DNA of 16,261 nucleotides, taken from Marmoricola sp. (lineage in GTDB: Bacteria; Actinomycetota; Actinomycetes; Propionibacteriales; Nocardioidaceae). Positions 1 to 9,230 of this stretch are shown piece after piece. The notes beneath the pieces are model-generated. The model saw only the letters and a list, made by a program, of their open reading frames with translations, was not told the DNA's origin and did no database searches. The stretch's first letter is position 1, and each line of letters opens with the position of its first letter. A program made the position numbers and the translations under genes. Location: positions 1 to 16,261 of the forward strand of contig JAOPYC010000095.1 of NCBI GenBank assembly GCA_025964795.1, given 5' to 3'.

Positions 1-30
1 CGGGGTCACTCGGAGACGACGTGCAGATGG

Positions 31-76
31 CCACAAAAGGGCCTCTGATCTGCGTTTCCGCAAACCAGAGGCCCTC
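31..76 (-). terminator. Rho-independent terminator-like hairpin downstream of tRNA-Leu (stem AGGGCCTCTG / CAGAGGCCCT, 18-nt loop, followed on the minus strand by TTTTGTGG)
   Basis: Perfect 10-bp inverted repeat at 39-48 and 67-76. On the transcribed (minus) strand the stem is followed immediately by a T-tract (revcomp of 31-38, CCACAAAA). It sits 9 nt after the tRNA 3' end. On the plus strand no T-tract follows, so it acts only in the tRNA/guaB1 direction. Confidence 0.5.
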
Positions 77-84
77 TCGCTGTG

Positions 85-170
85 TGTCCGAGGGGGGACT
101 TGAACCCCCACCCCCTAATACGGGGACTAGCACCTCAAGCTAGCGCGTCTGCCTATTCCGCCACCCGGAC
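85..170 (-). tRNA. tRNA-Leu, anticodon GAG, class II with long variable arm, 86 nt, CCA not encoded
   Basis: Hand-folded from the minus-strand sequence GTCCGGG TG GCG GAATAGGCAGA CGC G CTAGC TTGAGGT GCTAG (variable arm TCCCCGTATTAGGGGGT) GGGGG TTCAAGT CCCCC CTCGGAC A. It has a 7-bp acceptor stem with one G-U pair, U8, A14, G18G19, U33, anticodon GAG, G37, a T-loop TTCAAGT, and discriminator A73 (a Leu identity element). Length matches class II tRNA. Confidence 0.85.
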
Positions 171-235
171 GAGCGACGTCACCCTAGCAAGATGGCGGCC
201 ACATGGAGTAATCGGGGCGCCGTGGCCACCACCGG

Positions 236-2771
<2,536 letters not shown>

Positions 2772-2817
2772 GTCGGTCTCCGAGGTCAGTTCGGCGAGAG
2801 TTCGGTCCGGCTGCTGC

Positions 2818-3456
2818 TCACCCCGTCACGCTGTCATCCGCCGACGTGATCCGGGGCGGTGGCCGCAGCCCGACCGAGCGCAGCTCCAGCTTGGCCAGCT
2901 CGTCGATGACGGCGGCATCCCCCCGTCGCCAGGCGCCGGCCGGATCGGGGTCGAGCCGGGCGAGCACGTGCAGCGGCTGGTGGGCCATGGCGCGCAGGGC
3001 GAAGAGGTCCAGGTCGGCGCCGGCGTTCAGGAAGCGCTGGCCGGCCGTGGCCCGGCGTACGAACGAGATCCGGGGCGGCAGGTAGTAGGACAGCAGCACC
3101 AGGATCGGGATCAGTGCGACCGCGAGGCCCAGCCAGTGCGCCAGGCTGCCCACGGCGGCCACCTGCTGCTGCCCGGCCTCGGAGAGCCCGGTGGCCGCCT
3201 TGCTGGCGCCGTTGAACGGGCTGCGCACCGAGTCCCCCACGAGCGGCACCTTGGCCACGGTCCGGCCCGCGTCCCGGAGCCTGCCGGCGAGGTCGCTGGC
3301 CGACGAGTCGATCTTGTGACCGGGCGTCGCGAGCTTGAGCGTCGAGTCGTGGACCTTGTCGGCGATCTCGATCCACACCCAGATCCACAGCACCACGGCG
3401 AGGTCACCGAGGATCTGGAGGGTGCGGCGGACGGAGGTGTCGGCGTACAGCTTCAT
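2818..3456 (-). CDS. Hypothetical membrane protein (two predicted TM helices), 212 aa
   Basis: ATG start at 3456. Strong GC3 codon bias throughout. Two hydrophobic helices (LQILGDLAVVLWIWVWIEIA and LAHWLGLAVALIPILVLLSYYL). It is co-directional with, and 70 bp downstream of, the fadE23-like gene. I recognise no family; there is no obvious SD. Confidence 0.65.
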   Translation of the reverse strand: MKLYADTSVRRTLQILGDLAVVLWIWVWIEIADKVHDSTLKLATPGHKIDSSASDLAGRLRDAGRTVAKVPLVGDSVRSPFNGASKAATGLSEAGQQQVAAVGSLAHWLGLAVALIPILVLLSYYLPPRISFVRRATAGQRFLNAGADLDLFALRAMAHQPLHVLARLDPDPAGAWRRGDAAVIDELAKLELRSVGLRPPPRITSADDSVTG

Positions 3457-3526
3457 GGGGGTGGTGTGCCCGGATCGGCCCGGCCGGAACGCTGTGACGA
3501 GGATTTGCCCGAGGGCTGGAACTCCC

Positions 3527-4741
3527 CTACTTGAGCTGGGTCGAGTTCAGGCCCAGGACCCGGCGGGCGACGATCAGCTGCTGGATCTGCTGGGTGCCCT
3601 CGAAGATGTCGAGGATCTTGGAGTCGCGGCCCCACTTCTCGAGGAGCTCGACCTCGGAGTAGCCGAAGGTGCCGGCGAGCTCGACGCAGCGCAGGGTCAC
3701 GTCGGAGCCCATCCGTCCCGCCTTGGCCTTCGCCATCGAGGCCTGCATGGTGTTGGGCTGGCGGTTGTCGGCCATCCACGCGGACTGCAGGGTCAGCAGG
3801 TACGCCGCCTCCCAGTCCGCCTCGAGCTGGAGGAAGGTCGCTGCGGCCGCGGACTGGGTCAGCGCCGGGCGGTCGTAGTCGACCTCGACGCCGGCCTCGG
3901 TGAGGATGTCGCGGGTCAGATCGAGGGAGGCGCGCGCACAGCCGAGAGCCATCGCGGCCACCAGCGGCCGGGTGTTGTCGAAGGTCGCCATCGCGCCGGC
4001 GAAGCCCTGCTTGGGGTCGACGTCGGCGTCGCCGAGCAGGTCCTCGGCCGGGACCCGGCAGTCGTCGAAGATGATCACCGCGGTGTCGGAGGCGCGGATG
4101 CCGAGCTTGTGCTCCAGGCGCTCCACCCGCATCCCCGGGTTGCCCTTCTTGACCACGAAGGACTTGATCGCCGCACGGCCCAGGCTCTTGTCGAGGGTGG
4201 CCCACACGACCACGCTGTCGGCGCGCTCGCCGGAGGTGACGTAGATCTTCTCGCCGTTGAGGACGTACTCGTCGCCGTCCTTGCGCGCGGTCGTCTGGAT
4301 GTTGCCGGAGTCGGAACCGGTCCCGGGCTCGGTGATCGCCATCGCGGCCCAGGTGCCGGCGAAGCGCTCGAGCTGCTCGTCGTTGGCGACCGACGCGATC
4401 GCCGAGTTGCCCAGCCCCTGGCGGGGCATCGAGAGCAGCAGGCCCACGTCGCCCCAGCACATCTCCAGGATGGAGAGCACCGACGCGAGGTTGGCGCCGT
4501 TCTTGTTGCCCTTCTTCTCCTCGGGCTTCTCCGAGCGGCGTACGCCGGCCGCACCGGCACCGCCGGTCGCACCGGACTCGGAGATGCCGTCGATCATCGC
4601 GGCGAGCATGTCGAGCTCCTTGGGATACTCGTGCTCGGCCTCGTCGTACTTGCGCGAGATTGGTCGCAGCATGTTCATCGCGACCTGGTGGGCCTGGTCG
4701 ATGAGCGGGCGGATCTTCTTGGGGGTCTCGAGGTTGATCAT
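3527..4741 (-). CDS. fadE23: Acyl-CoA dehydrogenase, FadE23-like (downstream member of a two-gene ACAD pair)
   Basis: ACAD fold motifs are present: the C-terminal catalytic region IFEGTQQIQQLIVARRVLG (equivalent to YEGT with the catalytic Glu) and a middle beta-domain (EPGTGSDSG). 404 aa matches the mycobacterial FadE23 length. Strong RBS AAGGAG 8 nt upstream of ATG 4741. Contains a low-complexity Gly/Lys-rich insert (GATGGAGAAGVRRSEKPEEKKGNKNG). Confidence 0.88.
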   Translation of the reverse strand: MINLETPKKIRPLIDQAHQVAMNMLRPISRKYDEAEHEYPKELDMLAAMIDGISESGATGGAGAAGVRRSEKPEEKKGNKNGANLASVLSILEMCWGDVGLLLSMPRQGLGNSAIASVANDEQLERFAGTWAAMAITEPGTGSDSGNIQTTARKDGDEYVLNGEKIYVTSGERADSVVVWATLDKSLGRAAIKSFVVKKGNPGMRVERLEHKLGIRASDTAVIIFDDCRVPAEDLLGDADVDPKQGFAGAMATFDNTRPLVAAMALGCARASLDLTRDILTEAGVEVDYDRPALTQSAAAATFLQLEADWEAAYLLTLQSAWMADNRQPNTMQASMAKAKAGRMGSDVTLRCVELAGTFGYSEVELLEKWGRDSKILDIFEGTQQIQQLIVARRVLGLNSTQLK

Positions 4742-4816
4742 GGTTTTCTCTCCTTGCTGGGCGGGACGGGTTTCGACAGGATCGACCGGCGGTGCTCGCC
4801 GGACCGCGTCCGTCGC

Positions 4817-6202
4817 CTAGACCAGGACCGCTCCTTCCATGAGACCGATGGCGCGGAGGTCGCGGTACCACCGCTCGACCGGGTGCTCCTTGACGAAGCC
4901 GTGGCCGCCCAGCAGCTGGACGCCGTCCAGGCCGATCTGCATGCCGCGCTCGGCGCAGAGCCGGCGGGCCAGGGCGATCTCGCGCTCGGCGGACTTGCCC
5001 TGCGCCACGCGGCTGGCGGCCTTGTAGGTGACCAGGCGCATGCCCTGCAGCTCGATCGCGATGTTGGCGACCATGAACGCCACCGACTGGCGGTGGGCGA
5101 TGGGCTCGCCGAACGCCTCGCGCTCCTTGACGTAGGGGGTGACGTAGTCGAGCACGGCCTGGCCGGTGCCGACCGCGAGGGCGCACCAGGCCAGTCGCGA
5201 GAAGCGCACGCAGTCGAGGTAGTCGTTCGCGTCACCGAGCAGCGAGATTTTCTCCACGGCGACGTCCTGGAGGACGAGCCGCGACAGGCTGGCCGCCCGC
5301 AGGCCCATGGAGGGGTCGGACTCGATGGTGATGCCGGGCGTGGCGGACTCCACGACGAACAGCTGCGGCGTGCCCTCCAGCTCGGCGCCGACGATGAACA
5401 GCTCGGCCTCCGAGCCGCGCACGACCCCGGCCTTGACGCCGTTGAGGAGGTAGCCCTCACCGCTCCTCTCGGCCTTCGTGGCCGGCGAGAGCGGGTCGAA
5501 CAGCGCGGTCGGCTCGCTCAGCGCCAGGGCGGCGGCGGGGACCTCGTCACCGGTGAAGGCCGGCAGGTAGGTCGACTGCTGCTCGTCGGTCCCCCACAGG
5601 GACAGCGCGGTGGCGACGGCACCCGGGGCCAGGGCGGCGACGGCCAGGCCCATGTCGCCCTTGGCCAGTGCCTCGTGGACCAGCGTGCCGGCCATCGCGG
5701 ACCGCTCGGTGGCGATGCCTCCCAGGTCCTCGGGCACACCGAGGATCGGCAGCCCGATCTCGAGCGAGGCCTTGAGCAGCTCCTCGGGGGCCGCGCACTC
5801 CTCGTTGGCCGCGCTGGCGGCGGGGCGCACCATCTCCTCGGCGAACTCGCCCACGACGTCGGCGAGCATCTGCTCGTCCTCGCCCGGGGTCAGGTCGAAG
5901 AGCCCGGTGTTCGTCGCGGCCGGCACCCGGTTGCCCTGGGTGGCCTTGCCCGCCCGGGCGAAGCTGCGGCCCACGGTCCCCGCGGTGCGGAAGCCGGCGC
6001 TGGTCACCCGGTAGACGCTTCTCTCGCTGGCCTTGCGGAGGCCCAGGGAGTCGAGGAGGTCGCTGGAGGCGAGCTTGTTGAGCGCCGCCACGGCGAGGCC
6101 GATCGGGTCGCGCTTCTCGCTGTCGGAGAGGCCGTGACGGCCTCCGGCCCTCAGCAGGCTCCAAGGCAGCTTCTGCGGCTCGTTCACGGAATTCGAAGAC
6201 AT
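4817..6202 (-). CDS. fadE24: Acyl-CoA dehydrogenase with roughly 100-aa N-terminal extension, FadE24-like (upstream member of the ACAD pair)
   Basis: The ACAD N-terminal domain starts near residue 100 (LFDLTPGEDEQMLADVVGEFAEEMVRPAAS). The C-terminal helical domain ends in a ...RAIGLMEGAVLV-type motif. 461 aa is comparable to mycobacterial FadE24 (468 aa). The same-strand order fadE24 then fadE23 with a 75-bp gap mirrors Rv3139-Rv3140. Confidence 0.82.
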   Translation of the reverse strand: MSSNSVNEPQKLPWSLLRAGGRHGLSDSEKRDPIGLAVAALNKLASSDLLDSLGLRKASERSVYRVTSAGFRTAGTVGRSFARAGKATQGNRVPAATNTGLFDLTPGEDEQMLADVVGEFAEEMVRPAASAANEECAAPEELLKASLEIGLPILGVPEDLGGIATERSAMAGTLVHEALAKGDMGLAVAALAPGAVATALSLWGTDEQQSTYLPAFTGDEVPAAALALSEPTALFDPLSPATKAERSGEGYLLNGVKAGVVRGSEAELFIVGAELEGTPQLFVVESATPGITIESDPSMGLRAASLSRLVLQDVAVEKISLLGDANDYLDCVRFSRLAWCALAVGTGQAVLDYVTPYVKEREAFGEPIAHRQSVAFMVANIAIELQGMRLVTYKAASRVAQGKSAEREIALARRLCAERGMQIGLDGVQLLGGHGFVKEHPVERWYRDLRAIGLMEGAVLV

Positions 6203-6211
6203 GCCCAGTAA

Positions 6212-6228
6212 TGTAACTCCGAGTTACA
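6212..6228. promoter_or_regulatory. AT-rich perfect palindrome TGTAACTC-C-GAGTTACA in the divergent fadE24/def intergenic region; candidate operator
   Basis: 8-bp perfect inverted arms around a single-base centre. It lies in an unusually AT-rich island 10 nt upstream of the fadE24 start codon and about 50 nt upstream of the def start. A second GC-rich palindrome, CCGAG-TGT-CTCGG, is at 6247-6259. Confidence 0.4.
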
Positions 6229-6280
6229 CTTCGTGCCACACTTTCGCCGAGTGTCTCGGGTCACGCATAGGATTCCGCCC

Positions 6281-6928
6281 ATGGCCGGACCCGACAGGGC
6301 GCAGGAAGCTGCCCCGCTCTCCCCCACCTCAGCCGTCCTCCCCTCGGGTGGGACGGTCCGTCCGGTGGTCCGGTGGGGCACCGAGGTGATGCATCGCCCG
6401 GCGCGTCCCGTGACGTCGTACGACGAGGAGCTCCGGGCCCTGGCCGCCGACATGGTCGCCACGATGTACGCCGCCGACGGGGTCGGCCTGGCCGCCTGCC
6501 AGATCGGCGTCGACCTCGCGCTGTTCGTCTACGACTGCCCGGACGAGTCGGGGACCATGCACCGCGGGATCGTGTGCAACCCGGTGCTGGAGCTGCCGGA
6601 GGGCCGCGGGCGCAGCCTCGACGACGGAGACGAGGGCTGCCTCTCCTACCCCGGCGCCTTCGTCGAGTGCGCCCGTCCCGACTGGGCCCGCGTCACCGGC
6701 CAGGGCCTCGACGGGGAGGCCGTGGCCTACGAGGGGGACGGGCTGCTGGCACGGTGCCTGCAGCACGAGACCGACCACACCCACGGCACCGTGTTCGGCG
6801 ACCGGCTCAACAACCGCGCGCGAAAGAAGCTGCGCAAGGAGATGGAGGCGGCCGCGGCGGCCTACCCGGCCGACTGGCCGGTGGGTGCGGTGGGCACCAC
6901 CACCGAGGTGGACCAGCTCGACCGCTGA
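6281..6928 (+). CDS. def: Peptide deformylase
   Basis: The three PDF motifs are present: GVGLAACQIG (motif I), EGCLSYPG (motif II) and HETDHTHG (motif III, metal ligands). The ORF is open from GTG 6233. I chose ATG 6281, which is preceded by AGGA 9 nt upstream. Relative to E. coli Def it has an N-terminal extension of about 25 residues before the conserved region. Confidence 0.85.
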   Translation: MAGPDRAQEAAPLSPTSAVLPSGGTVRPVVRWGTEVMHRPARPVTSYDEELRALAADMVATMYAADGVGLAACQIGVDLALFVYDCPDESGTMHRGIVCNPVLELPEGRGRSLDDGDEGCLSYPGAFVECARPDWARVTGQGLDGEAVAYEGDGLLARCLQHETDHTHGTVFGDRLNNRARKKLRKEMEAAAAAYPADWPVGAVGTTTEVDQLDR

Positions 6929-8385
6929 GTCGGCGCGGCCCCGCGCAGCGCCCGGGGTGAGGGCAGCTCGACGGTGACGGTCGTGCCGACCCCGATCGCG
7001 CTCTCGATGTCGACCGTCCCGTGCTGCTGCTCCACCAGCTCGCGCACGCTGGCCAGCCCGAGGCCGGTGCCACCGTCGTTCTGCGCCAGGCGTCCGCGCG
7101 CGAACTCGTTGAAGATCGTGCCGAGGTCCTCCGCGTCGATGCCACGACCGCGGTCGGTGACCGTCATCCGCACCCGGCCCGGAGCCGGGCGGTCGAAGGT
7201 GATGTCCACGGGGGTCTCGGCGGGTGAGTACTTCAGGGCGTTCACCACGAGGTTGCTGACCACCCGGTGCATGGCCACTCCGTTGGCCTGCGCGAGCGCG
7301 ACGTCGTCCGCGGCGAGGTTCACCCGCGAGGAGCCCAGCGACGGCGCGAGGTCCTGGACGGCGTTGCGCGCGACCTGGGCGATGTCGATGTCGGCGAGCA
7401 GCACGGTGGCCTGGCCGGCCCGTTGCCTGGCGAACTGGACGAGGCCCTCCACCATCCCGAGCAGGCGGTCGGCGCTGGCCTCGGCACGGGCGATCAACTG
7501 CTCGCGCTCGTCCTGCGCGTCGGAGAAGCGGATCGCGTCCACGAAGCCCTTCAGGGCGGTGATCGGTGTCCGGAAGTCGTGGTTGAAGGCGGCGTAGAAG
7601 GCGTCCTGCGCGTCCTCGAGCGCCTTGGCGTCGGTGCGGTCGCGGGTGACCTTCGCGTAGCCCGTGACCCGGCCCGCGTCGTCGTGCATGGAGGTGATGA
7701 TCACGTCCCCCCAGAAGCGGGACCCGTCCCGGCGTACGCGCCAGCCGGTGTGCTCCACCCGGCCCTTCTCACGCGCCTCCGCGAGCAGCTGCATCGGCAA
7801 TCCGGCGCGGCGGTCGCCCTCGGTGTAGAACATCGAGAAGCTGCGGCCGATCGCCTCCTCGGCGGTGTAGCCCTTGACCCGCTCGGCGCCGAGGTTCCAG
7901 GTCTGGATGATCCCCTGGGGGTCCAGCGCGACGATGGCGTAGTCGACGACCTGGCCGACGAGCAGGCGCAGGCGCTCCTCGCTGGTGCGCAGGGCGGTCT
8001 CGAGGGCGTGCTGCTCGGTGAGGTCACGGGTGACCTTGGTGTAGCCGGCGGGCTGTCCCTGCGAGTCGGTGAGGGCGGTGATGACGACGTCGCCCCAGAA
8101 GCGGGTGCCGTCCTTGCGGACCCGCCAGCCGGTGTGCTCCACCCTGCCCTCGGCGCGGGCCGTCATCAGCAGGTTCAGCGGCAGGCCGGCGCGCTGGTCC
8201 TCCTCGGGGTAGAACATCGAGAAGCTGCGGCCGATCGCCTCCTCGGCGGTGTAGCCCTTGACCCGCTCGGCGCCGAGGTTCCAGGTCAGGATGGTGCCCT
8301 GCGGGTCCAGGCCGATGATGGCGTAGTCGACGACCTGCCCGACGAGATCGTCGAACGACGGTCGTTGCTCTGGTCCCAGATCCAC
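6862..8385 (-). CDS. Soluble sensor histidine kinase with two tandem, about 80% identical PAS domains, a HisKA domain (HDFRTP) and HATPase_c
   Basis: N-terminal PAS1 (residues 12-128) and PAS2 (140-256) each carry LVGQVVDYAI..DPQG..TWNLGAERVKGYTAEEAIGRSFSMFY...GRVEHTGWRVR.DG.RFWGDV. The phospho-accepting His is in AFNHDFRTPITAL. G1/G2 boxes: DRGRGID and GGTGLGLASVRELV. No TM segments. GTG start. Its 3' end overlaps the convergent def 3' end by 67 nt. Confidence 0.85.
   Translation of the reverse strand: MDLGPEQRPSFDDLVGQVVDYAIIGLDPQGTILTWNLGAERVKGYTAEEAIGRSFSMFYPEEDQRAGLPLNLLMTARAEGRVEHTGWRVRKDGTRFWGDVVITALTDSQGQPAGYTKVTRDLTEQHALETALRTSEERLRLLVGQVVDYAIVALDPQGIIQTWNLGAERVKGYTAEEAIGRSFSMFYTEGDRRAGLPMQLLAEAREKGRVEHTGWRVRRDGSRFWGDVIITSMHDDAGRVTGYAKVTRDRTDAKALEDAQDAFYAAFNHDFRTPITALKGFVDAIRFSDAQDEREQLIARAEASADRLLGMVEGLVQFARQRAGQATVLLADIDIAQVARNAVQDLAPSLGSSRVNLAADDVALAQANGVAMHRVVSNLVVNALKYSPAETPVDITFDRPAPGRVRMTVTDRGRGIDAEDLGTIFNEFARGRLAQNDGGTGLGLASVRELVEQQHGTVDIESAIGVGTTVTVELPSPRALRGAAPTQRSSWSTSVVVPTAPTGQSAG
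7584..8352. repeat. Intragenic tandem duplication, 2 x about 384 bp, each unit encoding one PAS domain
   Basis: DNA at 7831-7903 is identical to 8215-8287 (73-bp identical run, offset exactly 384 bp = 128 codons). The flanking sequence is highly similar across the whole unit. The protein-level PAS1/PAS2 identity is about 80%. Confidence 0.8.
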
Positions 8386-8407
8386 GCGGGACAGGATAGG
8401 GGCTGAT

Positions 8408-9229
8408 CTACCCGGGTGGAGCGATTTCCCGGCGGGCAGTTTCGTAGCAGGCGACGGCGGCCGCCGCGGCCACGTTGAGCGAGTCGATCCCCTCCCGCAT
8501 GGGGATCACGGCGCGGCGCTGCGCCGACTGCTCCCAGCGGGCGGAGAGCCCGTGTCCCTCCGACCCGAGGACGAGCGCCACCCGGTCCAGCCCGGACACC
8601 GACTCGTCGATGGGCACCGCGTCCTCGGCCAGGGTGAGCGCGACCGTGGTGAAGCCGTGGGTGGCGATCTGGGGCAGGGCGTCGTACCAGTCGGGCAGGC
8701 GGGTCCAGGGCAGCGCGAAGACGGCTCCCATCGCCACCTTCACCGAGCGACGGTAGAGCGGGTCCGTGCACCGCGGCGCCAGCAGCAGTGCATCCACGCC
8801 CAGGGCAGCGGCGCAGCGGAAGATCGCCCCGAGGTTGGTGTGGTCGATGATGTCCTCGCACACGACCACGGTCCGGGCGCCGGCGAGGACGTCCTCCACG
8901 CTCGGCAGGGGCGTCCGCTGGAGGGAGGCCAGGGCGCCGCGGTGCACGTGGAAGCCGGTCACCTCCTCGGCCAGGGACTCCTCCAGGACGTAGCAGGGGG
9001 CGTCGGTGCTCTCGAGGACCTCGGCCAGCCCGTCCAGCCAGCGTGGCGCCATCAGGAAGGACCGCACCGGGTAGCCCGCCTCGACGGCGCGTCGTACGAC
9101 TTTCTCGCCCTCGGCCAGGAACAGGCCGTGCTCGCTCTCCAGCGACTGCCGCAGCTGGACGTCGCGCAGGTGCCGGTAGTCGGCCAGCCTCGGGTCGTCG
9201 GGGTCCGTGATGGCGACGTACGTCGCCAC
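8408..9229 (-). CDS. TrmH/SpoU-family RNA 2'-O-methyltransferase (SPOUT class)
   Basis: The C-terminal SPOUT knot motifs are present (VVVCEDIIDHTNLGAIFRCAAALGVDALLL; LVLGSEGHGLS; IPMREGIDSLNVAAAAAVACYE), and there is an N-terminal substrate-binding domain. GTG start at 9229 lies 1 nt after the cysG stop. The stop codon is 22 nt upstream of the kinase start. Confidence 0.85.
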   Translation of the reverse strand: MATYVAITDPDDPRLADYRHLRDVQLRQSLESEHGLFLAEGEKVVRRAVEAGYPVRSFLMAPRWLDGLAEVLESTDAPCYVLEESLAEEVTGFHVHRGALASLQRTPLPSVEDVLAGARTVVVCEDIIDHTNLGAIFRCAAALGVDALLLAPRCTDPLYRRSVKVAMGAVFALPWTRLPDWYDALPQIATHGFTTVALTLAEDAVPIDESVSGLDRVALVLGSEGHGLSARWEQSAQRRAVIPMREGIDSLNVAAAAAVACYETARREIAPPG

Positions 9230-9230
9230 G

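Noticed and set aside
171-235. Promoter for tRNA-Leu (TAGGGT about 10 nt upstream; TTACTC 19 nt further upstream)
   Set aside because: The -10-like hexamer is plausible, but the -35 and spacing are poor. The tRNA may be co-transcribed with guaB1 and processed. Too weak to list as a feature.
2772-2817. Short direct repeat AGTTCGG x2 and small hairpin between convergent galK and the membrane-protein gene
   Set aside because: Only 7-nt repeats with a 4-5 bp stem. This is within chance expectation. Noted as a possible weak bidirectional terminator but not supported.
3335-6211. 958-aa plus-strand ORF, the longest in the window
   Set aside because: It runs antisense to both acyl-CoA dehydrogenase genes. 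The translation is Arg/Gly/Ala/Val-rich low-complexity with no motif. This is a typical shadow ORF of high-GC coding DNA, since stop codons are rare on the antisense strand.
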